Source: Spirochaetia bacterium (GTDB lineage Bacteria; Spirochaetota; Spirochaetia; WTKD01; G963693115). From it: a DNA stretch of 64,000 nt. Below the pieces are notes generated by a model. It saw only the letters and a program-made list of their open reading frames with translations. It was not told the origin of the DNA and did not search any database. Shown piece by piece: positions 38,213 through 48,229 of the stretch; position 1 is the first letter of the stretch; the number at the start of each line of letters is the position of its first letter. The position numbers and the translations under genes were made by a program. The stretch is taken from assembly GCA_963693115.1 (NCBI GenBank), contig OY843750.1, positions 374,951 through 438,950 on the forward strand, given 5' to 3'.

Positions 38213-40213
38213 CTATAGTATGTGTATAAATCTTTCTATTATCAATTCAGCCCCAGAACAGGGCATATCAATCATGAATTCTGTTAGTACGCGAGGATGT
38301 ATTTCACCATATACCCCCAGTACTATATCGTCTTCCTTGAGAACTATTTCTGCACAACGTCCAGTTATAAAACGGCTGTCTATACGAGCACGTGATTTCC
38401 ATTCTATACCAAGATGATACATTATGACAGATATTATAGCATTTATATCGGTAAATCCCGTTTGCTCACCAGCACTTAAGAATGCAACGGCATTATAGGT
38501 ATCAACACGGGTATCCTTGCTACGTGCCCGAAGGCTGACGTCGACATTGTTCTTGACTGGCACTTCGGTCTCTTGTACAACACGCCCTATTTTTCCTATT
38601 TCAAACATATGATGTGGATAAGAAACGTGATACGAGGTATGTTCGGCCTTGAGAAGACAGGGGAGTATGGAGGGGCGCAATACCGCATAATTCTTTGAAA
38701 GAGGGTTTTCAATTTGTACGAGCTCTTGTTGAGCAAGATCTATTTCGCTCTTATCATACATCTTGTCTATATAATCTTCTACGGCACCAAGGTAAGGAAA
38801 TATCATCTCTTGAAATCCTAGTCCTACTCCTATTGTTGCAATCTTTCGAGCATAAAATTCTTCTTTCGTGATTTTTCCTACGGTGAAACTTTGGGGTAAT
38901 TCAGGGATAAAACTATCATAGCTTTTACCTATTGCTACGTCCTCAATGATGTCGGCCTCGTGGAGATAATCGTTTCGATAGGCAGGAATCGTTACTATGA
39001 GTTCGGTGTCATTGTGGGTGTTGCGCAATGAGGTTTCTGTGCCTTGCTCTGTATTTGATATTTTTGCTGATGTCTTTGTTGGGAGTACCCTGGCTCTGAC
39101 ACCCATGGTCAAAAGGGCGTCTATGGCTTCTTTGGTCTGTATTGCATACCCCAAGGTATGCGAAAGTTGTACAAGCGAAAGCGTGGCATTTTCTTGAAAT
39201 CGTAAGGGGGTCTGGTAGCTCTCTGAATGGGCATCGTTCTGATAGTTGACCTGCACTGGGCTAATGGTAAATCCGAGATCTCGATAATCATAGGCAAAGA
39301 TATTGACAGCTACAAATAATTGTTCAAGAGAATAACCAGTAAGCTCTATAAAGAGTTCGCTGTCCCCTAGTTCCACTGCACCGAGCTGAGCACTATTAAT
39401 AACGGGGGTCATGCTAAGCACATTGTCTTTTGAATCAAGTATAAGTGGATATTTTGCATAAGACGATATGAGGTGACCGTATTCTTTTCCTTTTTGATGC
39501 TGCGACAATATCTGAGTAAGGCTCATTTTTTCTGTATATCCGAGTGGTATAAATCCATCGTTTTTTGGGTCAGCAGCACGATAGATGACTGGCCACTGTA
39601 TCTGATTGAGCCTGTATATTCCCATTGCAATTCTCTGTCGCTTTTTTCCATATAGCTCACATATTTTTTCTTGGGATGTAATGAGTTCGTCTAACAAGAC
39701 TTGATCGATTTTTTTTCCCTTTGCAACAAAGCCAACGATGTAGGGGCGTATATCCTTGAGGGTAGCATCTACCTGTATGTGGTAGGGAGTAGAAGATCTT
39801 TGTTGATACGCTTCTTGTTGTTTTGTCTGTTTGTTTTCTGGGTCTTTTTCTGGGTTATCTTCTGGGTTATCTTCTGGGTTGTCTTCTGGGTTATCTTCTG
39901 GGTTATCTTCTGGGTTTTTCTGTAGTTTGGGACTACCTTGCAAGTTTATAAAGACTCCCTTGGGCTGGATCTCATCTGGTTTTTTTAAGAGTACAGAACG
40001 TATTTGACGTGCAAGCCCTGCGCAGGTCCAAAGATCGGGACGATTTGTATCGTTAAGTTCTATGGAAAGCCTAAGGTGCTGTGTGTCTTGGTCTATTTCT
40101 TCTCCTTCGTATTCTCCCTTACAGTAGGTGAGCAAGCGCTCGAGTTCGTCACTGGTAAGAGTACGACCTATGAGTTGAAAAAAAAGCTGTTTGTTTATCA
40201 AAATCTTTGGCAT
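38213..40213 (-). CDS. pheT: Phenylalanine--tRNA ligase beta subunit (archaeal/spirochaete type) with repeat insertion
   Basis: ELNDTNRPDLW, DIIEDVAI, ENPLS...LRPSILP, FEIG, GEIHP. Confidence 0.95.
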   Translation of the reverse strand: MPKILINKQLFFQLIGRTLTSDELERLLTYCKGEYEGEEIDQDTQHLRLSIELNDTNRPDLWTCAGLARQIRSVLLKKPDEIQPKGVFINLQGSPKLQKNPEDNPEDNPEDNPEDNPEDNPEKDPENKQTKQQEAYQQRSSTPYHIQVDATLKDIRPYIVGFVAKGKKIDQVLLDELITSQEKICELYGKKRQRIAMGIYRLNQIQWPVIYRAADPKNDGFIPLGYTEKMSLTQILSQHQKGKEYGHLISSYAKYPLILDSKDNVLSMTPVINSAQLGAVELGDSELFIELTGYSLEQLFVAVNIFAYDYRDLGFTISPVQVNYQNDAHSESYQTPLRFQENATLSLVQLSHTLGYAIQTKEAIDALLTMGVRARVLPTKTSAKISNTEQGTETSLRNTHNDTELIVTIPAYRNDYLHEADIIEDVAIGKSYDSFIPELPQSFTVGKITKEEFYARKIATIGVGLGFQEMIFPYLGAVEDYIDKMYDKSEIDLAQQELVQIENPLSKNYAVLRPSILPCLLKAEHTSYHVSYPHHMFEIGKIGRVVQETEVPVKNNVDVSLRARSKDTRVDTYNAVAFLSAGEQTGFTDINAIISVIMYHLGIEWKSRARIDSRFITGRCAEIVLKEDDIVLGVYGEIHPRVLTEFMIDMPCSGAELIIERFIHIL
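39835..39920. repeat. In-frame 12-bp tandem repeat encoding (NPED)5-NPEK-DPEN in pheT
   Basis: tgggttatcttc units. Confidence 0.95.
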
Positions 40214-40270
40214 TAACTATTATGTTCCTACTAGTAGGTAAGGCATACCTCTCGTGACATTTCAATCATC

Positions 40271-41953
40271 TTACACCCGTATATGTCTTCTACGAGCTAC
40301 TTTTTCTAGATCGTAGCTAAACAGATCACGAAGATCGCTTATCCCCATCTGGAGTGTTGCCATGCGGTCAATTCCCATTCCCCATGCCGCAACGGGCACT
40401 TCTATGCCAAATGGGCGTGTTACCTCTGGTCTAAATATTCCCGAACCACCGAGCTCAATCCATCCTAGTACGGGGTGGCGTATATGTACTTCTACCGATG
40501 GCTCAGTAAACGGAAAGTAGCCCGGTACATACCGAACTTCTTTTGCATGTGCAAATTCTTCGGCAAAGAGCTTGAGCAAGCCCAGCAATGTACAAAAATT
40601 AACGTCATCACCTGCAGCAATGCCTTCTGTTTGATAGAAGTCCGAAAGGTGCGTTGCATCTACTTGATCAGGACGAAATACACGCGTTATGCCAAAATAT
40701 CGACCCGGTACTTTGAGCGCCTTGAGTTGACGTGCCGAAAGACATGTTCCTTGACTGCGCAATACGAGCCGTCGCGTAAAGTCTTTATCAAAAGAATACC
40801 GCCAACCACGACTAGCAATATTGCCACCTTTCTCGTGCATATCAGCAACAGCTTGTATGTCTGCGTCTGATACTGTTGTATCGTGAGTGGGATGCGCAAT
40901 CCTGTATACATCGTGTATTTCTCGTGCAGAATGGAACTGTGGCATAAAAAGCGCGTCTGCATTCCAAAATTCCGCCTGTACGAGTGACCCATCATATTCT
41001 TCAAACCCCAAGGAGGTGAGCTTATCTTTAACCTGTACCAAAAAATCACTATAGGCGTTCCGTCGTCCCACCGCAGTGCGACTTGGTGGAAGACTCACAT
41101 TGTAGGCGCGAAATTGAACATGATGCCATGTACCGTCTTTGAGCATCTTAGAAGTCAATTTGCTTTTTTCTTCTCCTGTTAATCCCTGCGAATGTATCTG
41201 CTCAATAACTGCTTTTCCTTGTTCAGAAAGGGTATAACTCACTATTTCTTCTTCAACTATTCTGAACGGCGAAGTACTACTTCCACGCTTTTTACTAAAT
41301 TCTGAGAGTACGTTGCGTTGCTCATCGGTAAGGCTTTTTTCGGATAGCGCATCCTTGTAGCTGAGTAGTTCAGAAAGTATGATAAGATCATCGGGATATA
41401 CAGAGGTGCACAGACGTATTTTTTTATTACTGTCAAGCTCAACAATGTTACGAGTCTTAAAGAATCCAAAGGCACTTCCCACCTCTTGTTGTGAGATACC
41501 TTCTTGTTGCGCAAGTTCTTGTATGCTTAATCCTTCGCGCGTGCATACATCTAGATTATGAGTAGAACTATGCGCGGAATTGTCAAGGATGTTGCCAGAA
41601 GAATTACTAGAAGAATTACTAGAAGAACTACTAGAAGAATTGCTGACTTCTTTATCAGTGCTTGTATCGATGCTGGTACGTTCGAGAGCTCTAAAAAATC
41701 GTTGCATGGGAGAACCGACAGTATTCCACTCTTCGCCGAGTGGCGTTCGTTCATAATACCGCTCGGTATGACTTTGGTGAGCTGTAATCAAGGCCTTGGC
41801 ATTAAGCCAACTGAGTGCTTGGTTTGCCTGTCCAAGACTAAGAGAATGATGCTCTGCAATAGCACGAGCTGTAAATGGCTTTGCAAGGATGAGAGAACGC
41901 AGGACGATAATTTCTAGGGGATGGAGTTCTTGGATAGAAAGGGATTCAGCCAT
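40271..41953 (-). CDS. pheS: Phenylalanine--tRNA ligase alpha subunit (long, archaeal type) with Ser-rich insert
   Basis: FWNADALFMPQFHSARE, RVFRPDQVDATH, FPFTEPS, WGMGIDR. Confidence 0.96.
   Translation of the reverse strand: MAESLSIQELHPLEIIVLRSLILAKPFTARAIAEHHSLSLGQANQALSWLNAKALITAHQSHTERYYERTPLGEEWNTVGSPMQRFFRALERTSIDTSTDKEVSNSSSSSSSNSSSNSSGNILDNSAHSSTHNLDVCTREGLSIQELAQQEGISQQEVGSAFGFFKTRNIVELDSNKKIRLCTSVYPDDLIILSELLSYKDALSEKSLTDEQRNVLSEFSKKRGSSTSPFRIVEEEIVSYTLSEQGKAVIEQIHSQGLTGEEKSKLTSKMLKDGTWHHVQFRAYNVSLPPSRTAVGRRNAYSDFLVQVKDKLTSLGFEEYDGSLVQAEFWNADALFMPQFHSAREIHDVYRIAHPTHDTTVSDADIQAVADMHEKGGNIASRGWRYSFDKDFTRRLVLRSQGTCLSARQLKALKVPGRYFGITRVFRPDQVDATHLSDFYQTEGIAAGDDVNFCTLLGLLKLFAEEFAHAKEVRYVPGYFPFTEPSVEVHIRHPVLGWIELGGSGIFRPEVTRPFGIEVPVAAWGMGIDRMATLQMGISDLRDLFSYDLEKVARRRHIRV
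41596..41646. repeat. 12-bp tandem repeat encoding a Ser/Asn tract in pheS
   Basis: ctagaagaatta units. Confidence 0.85.
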
Positions 41954-42095
41954 GGTACATATATTGTGGGAGTGCTCTGTAGTATGTTATCTATTATAGT
42001 AAATTGCAAGAAGAATGATGCCATTTTGTATGTTGGTGTATTGGTGTATTGATGTATTGCATATTAGCGTGTTTATGACATAACATACAGCTCAC

Positions 42096-42812
42096 TCAAT
42101 ACTGTATGATAGTCGTATCAAGCACGCGCCACAGATACCATGTTGCAACCGTACGATAGGGCTTCCATCTCTCGCTAAATGCCTCTGCTTGCATACTATT
42201 TAATTGAACACCATAGAGCTTCTTTAAGCCTCTGAGAATTCCTATATCAGTACTGGGAAAGATATCGGGATGGTTAAGATAGAAAATAGCATACATCTCT
42301 ATCGTCCATAGACCTATTCCTTTAACTCCAACAAGCGTACGATACACATCCCGATAATCACGATAGCCAAGTTGTGCTAGATGGGGATTATCCAAAAAAC
42401 ACTGTGCTGCGTTTATAAAATACTGAGCTTTTTGTCGTGACTGTCCCAGAAGACGTAGCTCCTGAGGATCCAGTCGTGCAATGCGCTTAGGGCTAAGCGG
42501 TGCGTACACATTGTATATGCGTTGCCATATCGCCTCTGCCGCTACAATAGATATTTGTTGTCCATTAATAGACTTGAGCAAAACGGTAAAGGCATCGCTA
42601 GAGCGAAACAACATAGAATCATACTGCGAAACAACAGTAGCAAGAACACTGTCTCGTGCCGAAAGTACTCGTTTGGCACTATCCCAATATAATGGGCAAG
42701 AAAGAGGCATCGGAGATGGGTCAGAAAGTTTGCTAGCTACTTTTTTTGGCATCTTTTTTGTTTTGGTAATGTACTTGCTGGCTGCTTTGGCATGAGATAT
42801 ACGAGTTGACAT
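42096..42812 (-). CDS. alkA: DNA-3-methyladenine glycosylase, AlkA/HhH-GPD family
   Basis: SINGQQIS, VKGIGLWT, HPDIFPSTDIG, WKPYRTVATWYLW. Confidence 0.9.
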   Translation of the reverse strand: MSTRISHAKAASKYITKTKKMPKKVASKLSDPSPMPLSCPLYWDSAKRVLSARDSVLATVVSQYDSMLFRSSDAFTVLLKSINGQQISIVAAEAIWQRIYNVYAPLSPKRIARLDPQELRLLGQSRQKAQYFINAAQCFLDNPHLAQLGYRDYRDVYRTLVGVKGIGLWTIEMYAIFYLNHPDIFPSTDIGILRGLKKLYGVQLNSMQAEAFSERWKPYRTVATWYLWRVLDTTIIQY

Positions 42813-42940
42813 ATGGAGACAGATCTTAAAATAGGTAAGGTATTAAAAAAATTCAAAGTTAAAGCAATTAAGGTAAAAGTGGTATGTAGAAAAAATACTA
42901 CTTGTTAGTATAATATATCTATCGATAGATAAAGATAACG

Positions 42941-44620
42941 ATGAATGCCGAAAGTACGCTTCTCCATGAAGACTCAGACGTACATAAAAACCCTGACATT
43001 ACCCTCAACGCAGATGACAAAGGCGCTAGTCAGACAAACAAAAGTAAATCCGGAGAAACACAATTTGAAAAAGAAGTACACCGCCTCCAAGAAGTTGAGC
43101 GTGAAAATCTTGCAGAAATAGAAACATTTTACTCACCAGAAGTCCTTACTCCCACAATGGTATCAAAAAAAGACGGATCGCATCTCAGTGACCCGTCAAA
43201 ATTTTACAATACTATTCTCTCAAACAACAAAGAGCTAGGCACAGTAATACACGGCTATATTACCACAATACTCACATCAGAAGACAAAGGCAAACTCCAT
43301 GATTCGCGTATCTACTTGACCGCCCAATACTGGAATTTTCTTGAATACTTGCTCGATAAAAAAATTCCATGGAATCCGGACACTATCGTACTATTTCGGT
43401 ATGCAATACTCGTCCCTTCGGCAGTGCCTAAAACAGTTCTCTCATATGCAGTGCACACCAATATTGACCAGCTCACTGCCCTTCCGCTTTATTATTTAGA
43501 CGAATGGCTTAAGGCCATATCAGCTCGCAAGGTACCCGTTTCTAGTATGATACAAGAAAATGTCGAACAGAGTGGTGAACGATATCAAAATCAAATTGAG
43601 CAAATGACCTCCCTTCTTGAGTCACAAATCACTGCAGGAGAAAACATAAACCAAGAGCTCGACTTTGCAATTGAAAGCCTTAGTATTAAAGCGATGCAAG
43701 TCAAAGATCGGTTGAGTTCGCAGTTTAGTTTTAATCTACCCCTCAACGAGTCACAAATTCGTGATCTTAAAGACATCAGCGAACTTTCTCGTTCGATTCA
43801 AAACAAGAGTGAGAGCCTGGGAGAACAGATAAAAATTATAGAAAAAAGCCAGGGCACAATACATAAACTAAAACAAGACCTCGACTCTATCAGCTCTTCG
43901 GAAGAAGACGGCAAAGATGATAGTGAAAAAGCAATCGCTAGCATCACCATACAAGAACTGTACGAACTCAGGCAAATGGCAAAAATATGCGTAGGTAATC
44001 GTGGCAACCACCTTCCTATCCTCTTTGAAAAATATTTTAGCGGACAAAAAGAAAATTTTGGAACTAAGCAGCGCATATTGGAGATATTTCGTAGCCTTGA
44101 ACGACTTGACTACTCAGTATTTTATAGAGTAATAAAAGGGGTAAAAACTCGAAAATTCCCTAATATAATCATTATCCCTTGCTACGGTGCTAAAGGGTTT
44201 TGTTGGGAACCATACGACAAATTTCAGAAAAACGTGAGCTCGGCAAAACTCATTGTTCCTATGTACTCACAGGATCTCTATAAAGCGATAGTGTATACAT
44301 TGGGGGATTATCGCTGGCAAATTGCTCGCGAACTCGCCGGGCAGCTATGGATGGAAGAAGGGCTTACAGGACGCTATTTTAATTGGTTTAGTAGCAATGT
44401 CAATAAGGGAAGCATTAAGTCTAATTTTATAGAAAATTATCAACTATGGATGTATTGGGAGTCAAGGGGAATACAAAAGATTCATAAACAACTGCGTAAG
44501 ATCTTTTGGCAGTATGTCCCTTTTACTACAGAAGTAAAACAAAGCCTTTCACGACGCTCTGTCGTATACGACCAGCTGATTCAGAATGATAACAATAGAG
44601 TCATGTCCTCACTTTTTTAA
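42941..44620 (+). CDS. Conserved hypothetical protein with central coiled coil
   Basis: 559-aa ORF; C-terminal Trp/Tyr-rich domain (IIPCYGAKGFCWEP, YRWQ, WMEEGLTG). Confidence 0.75.
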   Translation: MNAESTLLHEDSDVHKNPDITLNADDKGASQTNKSKSGETQFEKEVHRLQEVERENLAEIETFYSPEVLTPTMVSKKDGSHLSDPSKFYNTILSNNKELGTVIHGYITTILTSEDKGKLHDSRIYLTAQYWNFLEYLLDKKIPWNPDTIVLFRYAILVPSAVPKTVLSYAVHTNIDQLTALPLYYLDEWLKAISARKVPVSSMIQENVEQSGERYQNQIEQMTSLLESQITAGENINQELDFAIESLSIKAMQVKDRLSSQFSFNLPLNESQIRDLKDISELSRSIQNKSESLGEQIKIIEKSQGTIHKLKQDLDSISSSEEDGKDDSEKAIASITIQELYELRQMAKICVGNRGNHLPILFEKYFSGQKENFGTKQRILEIFRSLERLDYSVFYRVIKGVKTRKFPNIIIIPCYGAKGFCWEPYDKFQKNVSSAKLIVPMYSQDLYKAIVYTLGDYRWQIARELAGQLWMEEGLTGRYFNWFSSNVNKGSIKSNFIENYQLWMYWESRGIQKIHKQLRKIFWQYVPFTTEVKQSLSRRSVVYDQLIQNDNNRVMSSLF

Positions 44621-44840
44621 GTACACGTACCGTATATCTGACCCCAAGACGTAGCCCTATCCATACGAGTACCACCGAGATCACAAAATTACCTATATAC
44701 ACATAGGGTATCCACGGTAGCGCAAGAGAAGGCACAAGTTGAGAACTTATGCGCATTAAGACATGAAACAAACCTACAATACTACTACACGCAATTATCG
44801 TCACCATCGCGTATATAAAAAAAATCCTTATGTATCTCAT
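44601..44840 (-). CDS. Small two-TM membrane protein
   Basis: 79 aa, two hydrophobic helices, follows lspA. Confidence 0.6.
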   Translation of the reverse strand: MRYIRIFFIYAMVTIIACSSIVGLFHVLMRISSQLVPSLALPWIPYVYIGNFVISVVLVWIGLRLGVRYTVRVLKKVRT

Positions 44841-44854
44841 GTACTTATGCGTGT

Positions 44855-45472
44855 TTATTGCTTTGATATTGTCTTGTCATTATTGGTTTCTGTCACCAGG
44901 TGTTTGATAAAAAACAAGCTCACAAACCATACAATCATACTTATGACTATGCTACTATCGGCAATATTAAATGTGGGCCACCGATTCCACCCAAATATAC
45001 CATAAAACCGAACGCTTGCAAAATCCACAACACCATCAGGTCTAAAAAATCTGTCTATCAAATTGCCCAATCCCCCACCTAAGATGCCTGCAACACAATA
45101 GCGCTGTACTCTTGTCCAGTCAGATCGAATAAGCGTAAATACTAAAAACGCTAGTAATAACAATGGTAGGATATAGAGCATGAGAGCACGTACGAGTCCC
45201 ACGCTATCGTCACCGAGACTAAATACTGCACCCCTATTGCGTATATGTATGATCCAAAAAAAATCATTAAACAAGGTAACAAAAGGCGTTCCCGTAAATC
45301 GTGGAACGTATTTTACAATCAGAAATTTAGATGCCTGATCAAGCCCCACTATAATTGCGGTAAGTATCAAAGGCTTAAGGTTAACAAATGTGTTTCTACT
45401 CGTATTATGATGTTGTAGTGGTGTGGTATTCTCTGCAGAATCTTTGCGCGCGTGGCTACGAGATATGTCCAT
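44855..45472 (-). CDS. lspA: Lipoprotein signal peptidase II
   Basis: DQASK, NRGAVF, GGLGNLIDRF, VVDF, FNIADS. Confidence 0.96.
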   Translation of the reverse strand: MDISRSHARKDSAENTTPLQHHNTSRNTFVNLKPLILTAIIVGLDQASKFLIVKYVPRFTGTPFVTLFNDFFWIIHIRNRGAVFSLGDDSVGLVRALMLYILPLLLLAFLVFTLIRSDWTRVQRYCVAGILGGGLGNLIDRFFRPDGVVDFASVRFYGIFGWNRWPTFNIADSSIVISMIVWFVSLFFIKHLVTETNNDKTISKQ

Positions 45473-45648
45473 ATATGTATTATACTGGAGCGTATTTTGA
45501 TATTAGTATAAGAACTGCGGTGGGCTCTACGAGATATAACGACACACAAGATGGAATGGAGTAAGAATAAGTATACTACCTACTCCATTTTTTGGAATAG
45601 GTAGCTCTCTATAGTGTGTAGCGGAAAGCGAAAAACGAAAGTTATTAA

Positions 45649-46374
45649 TTAACTCTTAGTATACCACTCTGGCGGTTTAAATGTTGTACTGCATTTTGTA
45701 CCGGTATTAACAAACATAGTGCCTTTGTTTAAGGCTGGATTGAGATTATCTCCCCACTTACCGAGGTTTTGGCAGAAAGAACTCGCATCCTTAAACATAG
45801 CAGTCGTGTTAATGACACTTGAGATATTCCATCCACTTATATCTTGGTTAAACGCCTCTGCTTCTAGAAACATATCATTCATATATTGCACTTTGCCTAC
45901 AGAGCTAAAGAGCGGACTATTAAAAGCCGTAGCTTCCAAAAACATACGCTCCATGTCAGTAACCTCTATGGGTTGCCAATAACTGAGATCTTTATTAAAT
46001 GACTCTGCACCCTCAAACATTCGTGCCATCGTCGCTACCTTGCTCACATCCCAGCATCGTATATCCCCATTAAATTCAGCCTTGCCTTTAAATAAGGATT
46101 CCATATCGTCTACCTCCGAAGTATCGATGTAGTTAAGGTCAGCCTTATTATTGATTGCTATAACCCTATTGATTTCTGCGACAAGCTCATCTTTGCTCCC
46201 AGGCGTAAATGTGGTTGTTACAGACTCACAGAGTTGCGCAACAGCATCACTACTAGGATCATCCTCACAGGATAGCAGACTCCCCGTGAGTAGCCCAGTG
46301 ATCAATAAACACAAGCCTATAAAATTAAGAACACGCCTATGTGGTGTGTGGTGTGTGGTGTAATGAATATCCAT
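45649..46374 (-). CDS. DUF285/BspA-like lipoprotein C (single module)
   Basis: Lipobox GSLLS-C; LNYIDTS, FNGDIRCW, FCQNL; SD GGGAG before ATG 46374. Confidence 0.9.
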   Translation of the reverse strand: MDIHYTTHHTPHRRVLNFIGLCLLITGLLTGSLLSCEDDPSSDAVAQLCESVTTTFTPGSKDELVAEINRVIAINNKADLNYIDTSEVDDMESLFKGKAEFNGDIRCWDVSKVATMARMFEGAESFNKDLSYWQPIEVTDMERMFLEATAFNSPLFSSVGKVQYMNDMFLEAEAFNQDISGWNISSVINTTAMFKDASSFCQNLGKWGDNLNPALNKGTMFVNTGTKCSTTFKPPEWYTKS

Positions 46375-46490
46375 AATATTCTCCCTTTTTATTTGATTTT
46401 GCACAGAACTACTGGCATCGTATACAGACTTCTATGCATGATTATGCCATACATGATTGTAGTAACTACATAAGTTATTTACTTATTTAC

Positions 46491-46519
46491 AGTATGCCCA
46501 TTTATATACTAGATGTCAA
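46491..46519 (-). promoter_or_regulatory. sigma70-type promoter TTGACA-N17-CATACT for lipoprotein C
   Basis: Perfect -35 at 46519-46514, 17-nt spacer ending in TGGG, -10 at 46496-46491. Confidence 0.65.
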
Positions 46520-46823
46520 GTATAGTGGATAAGCGAGGTTCAATGAACAAGTGCGCCCCAGACAAAAAACCCAATAGAAAAAAAACGCCCTTAGAAAGAT
46601 AAATCTTTCTGCTTTTTCTTTCTGGCTTTTTTTTGGCTTTTTTTTCTGGCTTTTTTCTTTTTTTGATCTCCTATGGAATCCTATAGCATAGGCTACCAGC
46701 CCTTTTTTTTCATGAGCTTCTTGTGGACTACAGGAATTACAAGAAATACGAGTGCATGAGGAAGGATTCTATCCGAGCTCTATTGGAGGTATATCGTGGT
46801 ACACAAAAATGCAGTTTAGAATG

Positions 46824-47985
46824 CTAGTTTATAAATCCAAATAGTGTTACTAAGGTGGATACAAGCACAGTACTTACTGTGATAAATGTAAGGACGGTAT
46901 TAAATCGTTTATTAACATCTTGAAAACGGTTATTAACATCCTCAAAGCGCTTGTTGGCATCATCAAAACGATTATTGACATTATCAAAATGCTTGTTCGT
47001 ATCTTCTCTCATAGCTTCAAAACGCTGATTCATATCTGCTCTCATATCATCAGAACGCTTGCCCATATCTTCAAAACGTTTATTAACGTCATCAAAACGA
47101 TTATTGACATTATCAAAATGCTTGTTCGTATCTTCTCTCATAGCTTCAAAACGCTGATTCATATCTGCTCTCATATCGTCAGAACGCTTGCCCATAGCTT
47201 CAAAACGCTGATTCATATCTGCTCTCATATCATCAGAACGCTTGCCCATGTCTTCAAAACGTTTATTAACGTCATCAAAACGATTATTAACGTCATCAAA
47301 ATGCTTGTTCGTATCTTCTCTCATAGCTTCAAAGCGTTGATTCATATCTGCTCTCATATCATCAGAGCGCTTGCCCATATCTTCAAAACGCTTATTAACG
47401 TCATCAAAATGCTTGTTCGTATCTTCTCTCATAGCTTCAAAACGTTGCTGGTCACATGTTCTCAAAACGACTATTGACATCATCAAAATGCTTATTCATG
47501 TCATCAAAACGCTTGTTCATATCATCTCTCATAGCTTCAAAGTGCTGGTACATGTTCTCAAAACGACTATTAACATCATCAAAATGCTTGTTTGTATCTT
47601 CTCTCATAGCTTCAAAGTGCTGGTACATGTTCTCAAAACGACTATTAACATCATCAAAACGCTTGTTCATGTCCTCGAAACGACTATTAACATCATCAAA
47701 ACGCTTACTAACATCTTCAAAGTGCTTGTTCATGTCTGCTCTCATATCATCAGAACGCTTGCCCATATCTTCAAAACGTTTATTAACGTCATCAAAACGC
47801 CTGTTGACTTCTTCAAAGCGCTGATTCATATCTGCAAAACGAGTATGCATGTCTTCTCTTATATATTTGATTTCTTCTTCGATTTGTACCGCTCTCTGCA
47901 GTGAATCAAAGAGAGTATTGTCAAACTTTATAGAATACCCTTTGGGTAATCGTTTTGGTGGAATTTGTTCTTGTGCGTGTTCCAT
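46824..47985 (-). pseudogene. Membrane-anchored repeat coiled-coil protein (DUF1640/MempromCC-like) split by a +1 frameshift
   Basis: ORFs 47452-47985 and 46824-47486 carry the same RF(D/E)D(V/M)NK repeats. Removing one base at about 47453 gives a 386-aa ORF with a C-terminal TM helix. Confidence 0.75.
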
Positions 47986-48229
47986 GATGTCATTGTAGCG
48001 TATATGCTATCCTACTATTCTCATGGTATTTTAACCTGTGATTAGATGCGATATATGTATACGCATAATATAATACTGATTGTGGTAGCGATATACTTCA
48101 ACTTCTATAAAACTTAGATCTATCACAAAGTGTGATCGTATGCACATATGCACCCTATTTACGATTCACACACCTTTACTTTTTTTGTGGTATTAGTACC
48201 CCGAAGATACGATAGTCTAAAACCAAGTA

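Noticed and set aside
46593-46660. AGAAAGAT-AA-ATCTTTCT hairpin with T/A-rich tracts as a terminator or small ORF
   Set aside because: Weak AT-only stem about 200 nt from the nearest stop; no credible start codon or SD for an ORF.
46920-47904. Plus-strand repetitive ORFs (185, 177, 122 aa)
   Set aside because: Reverse complement of the coiled-coil repeat; the minus frame has the head, TM anchor and promoter-like box.
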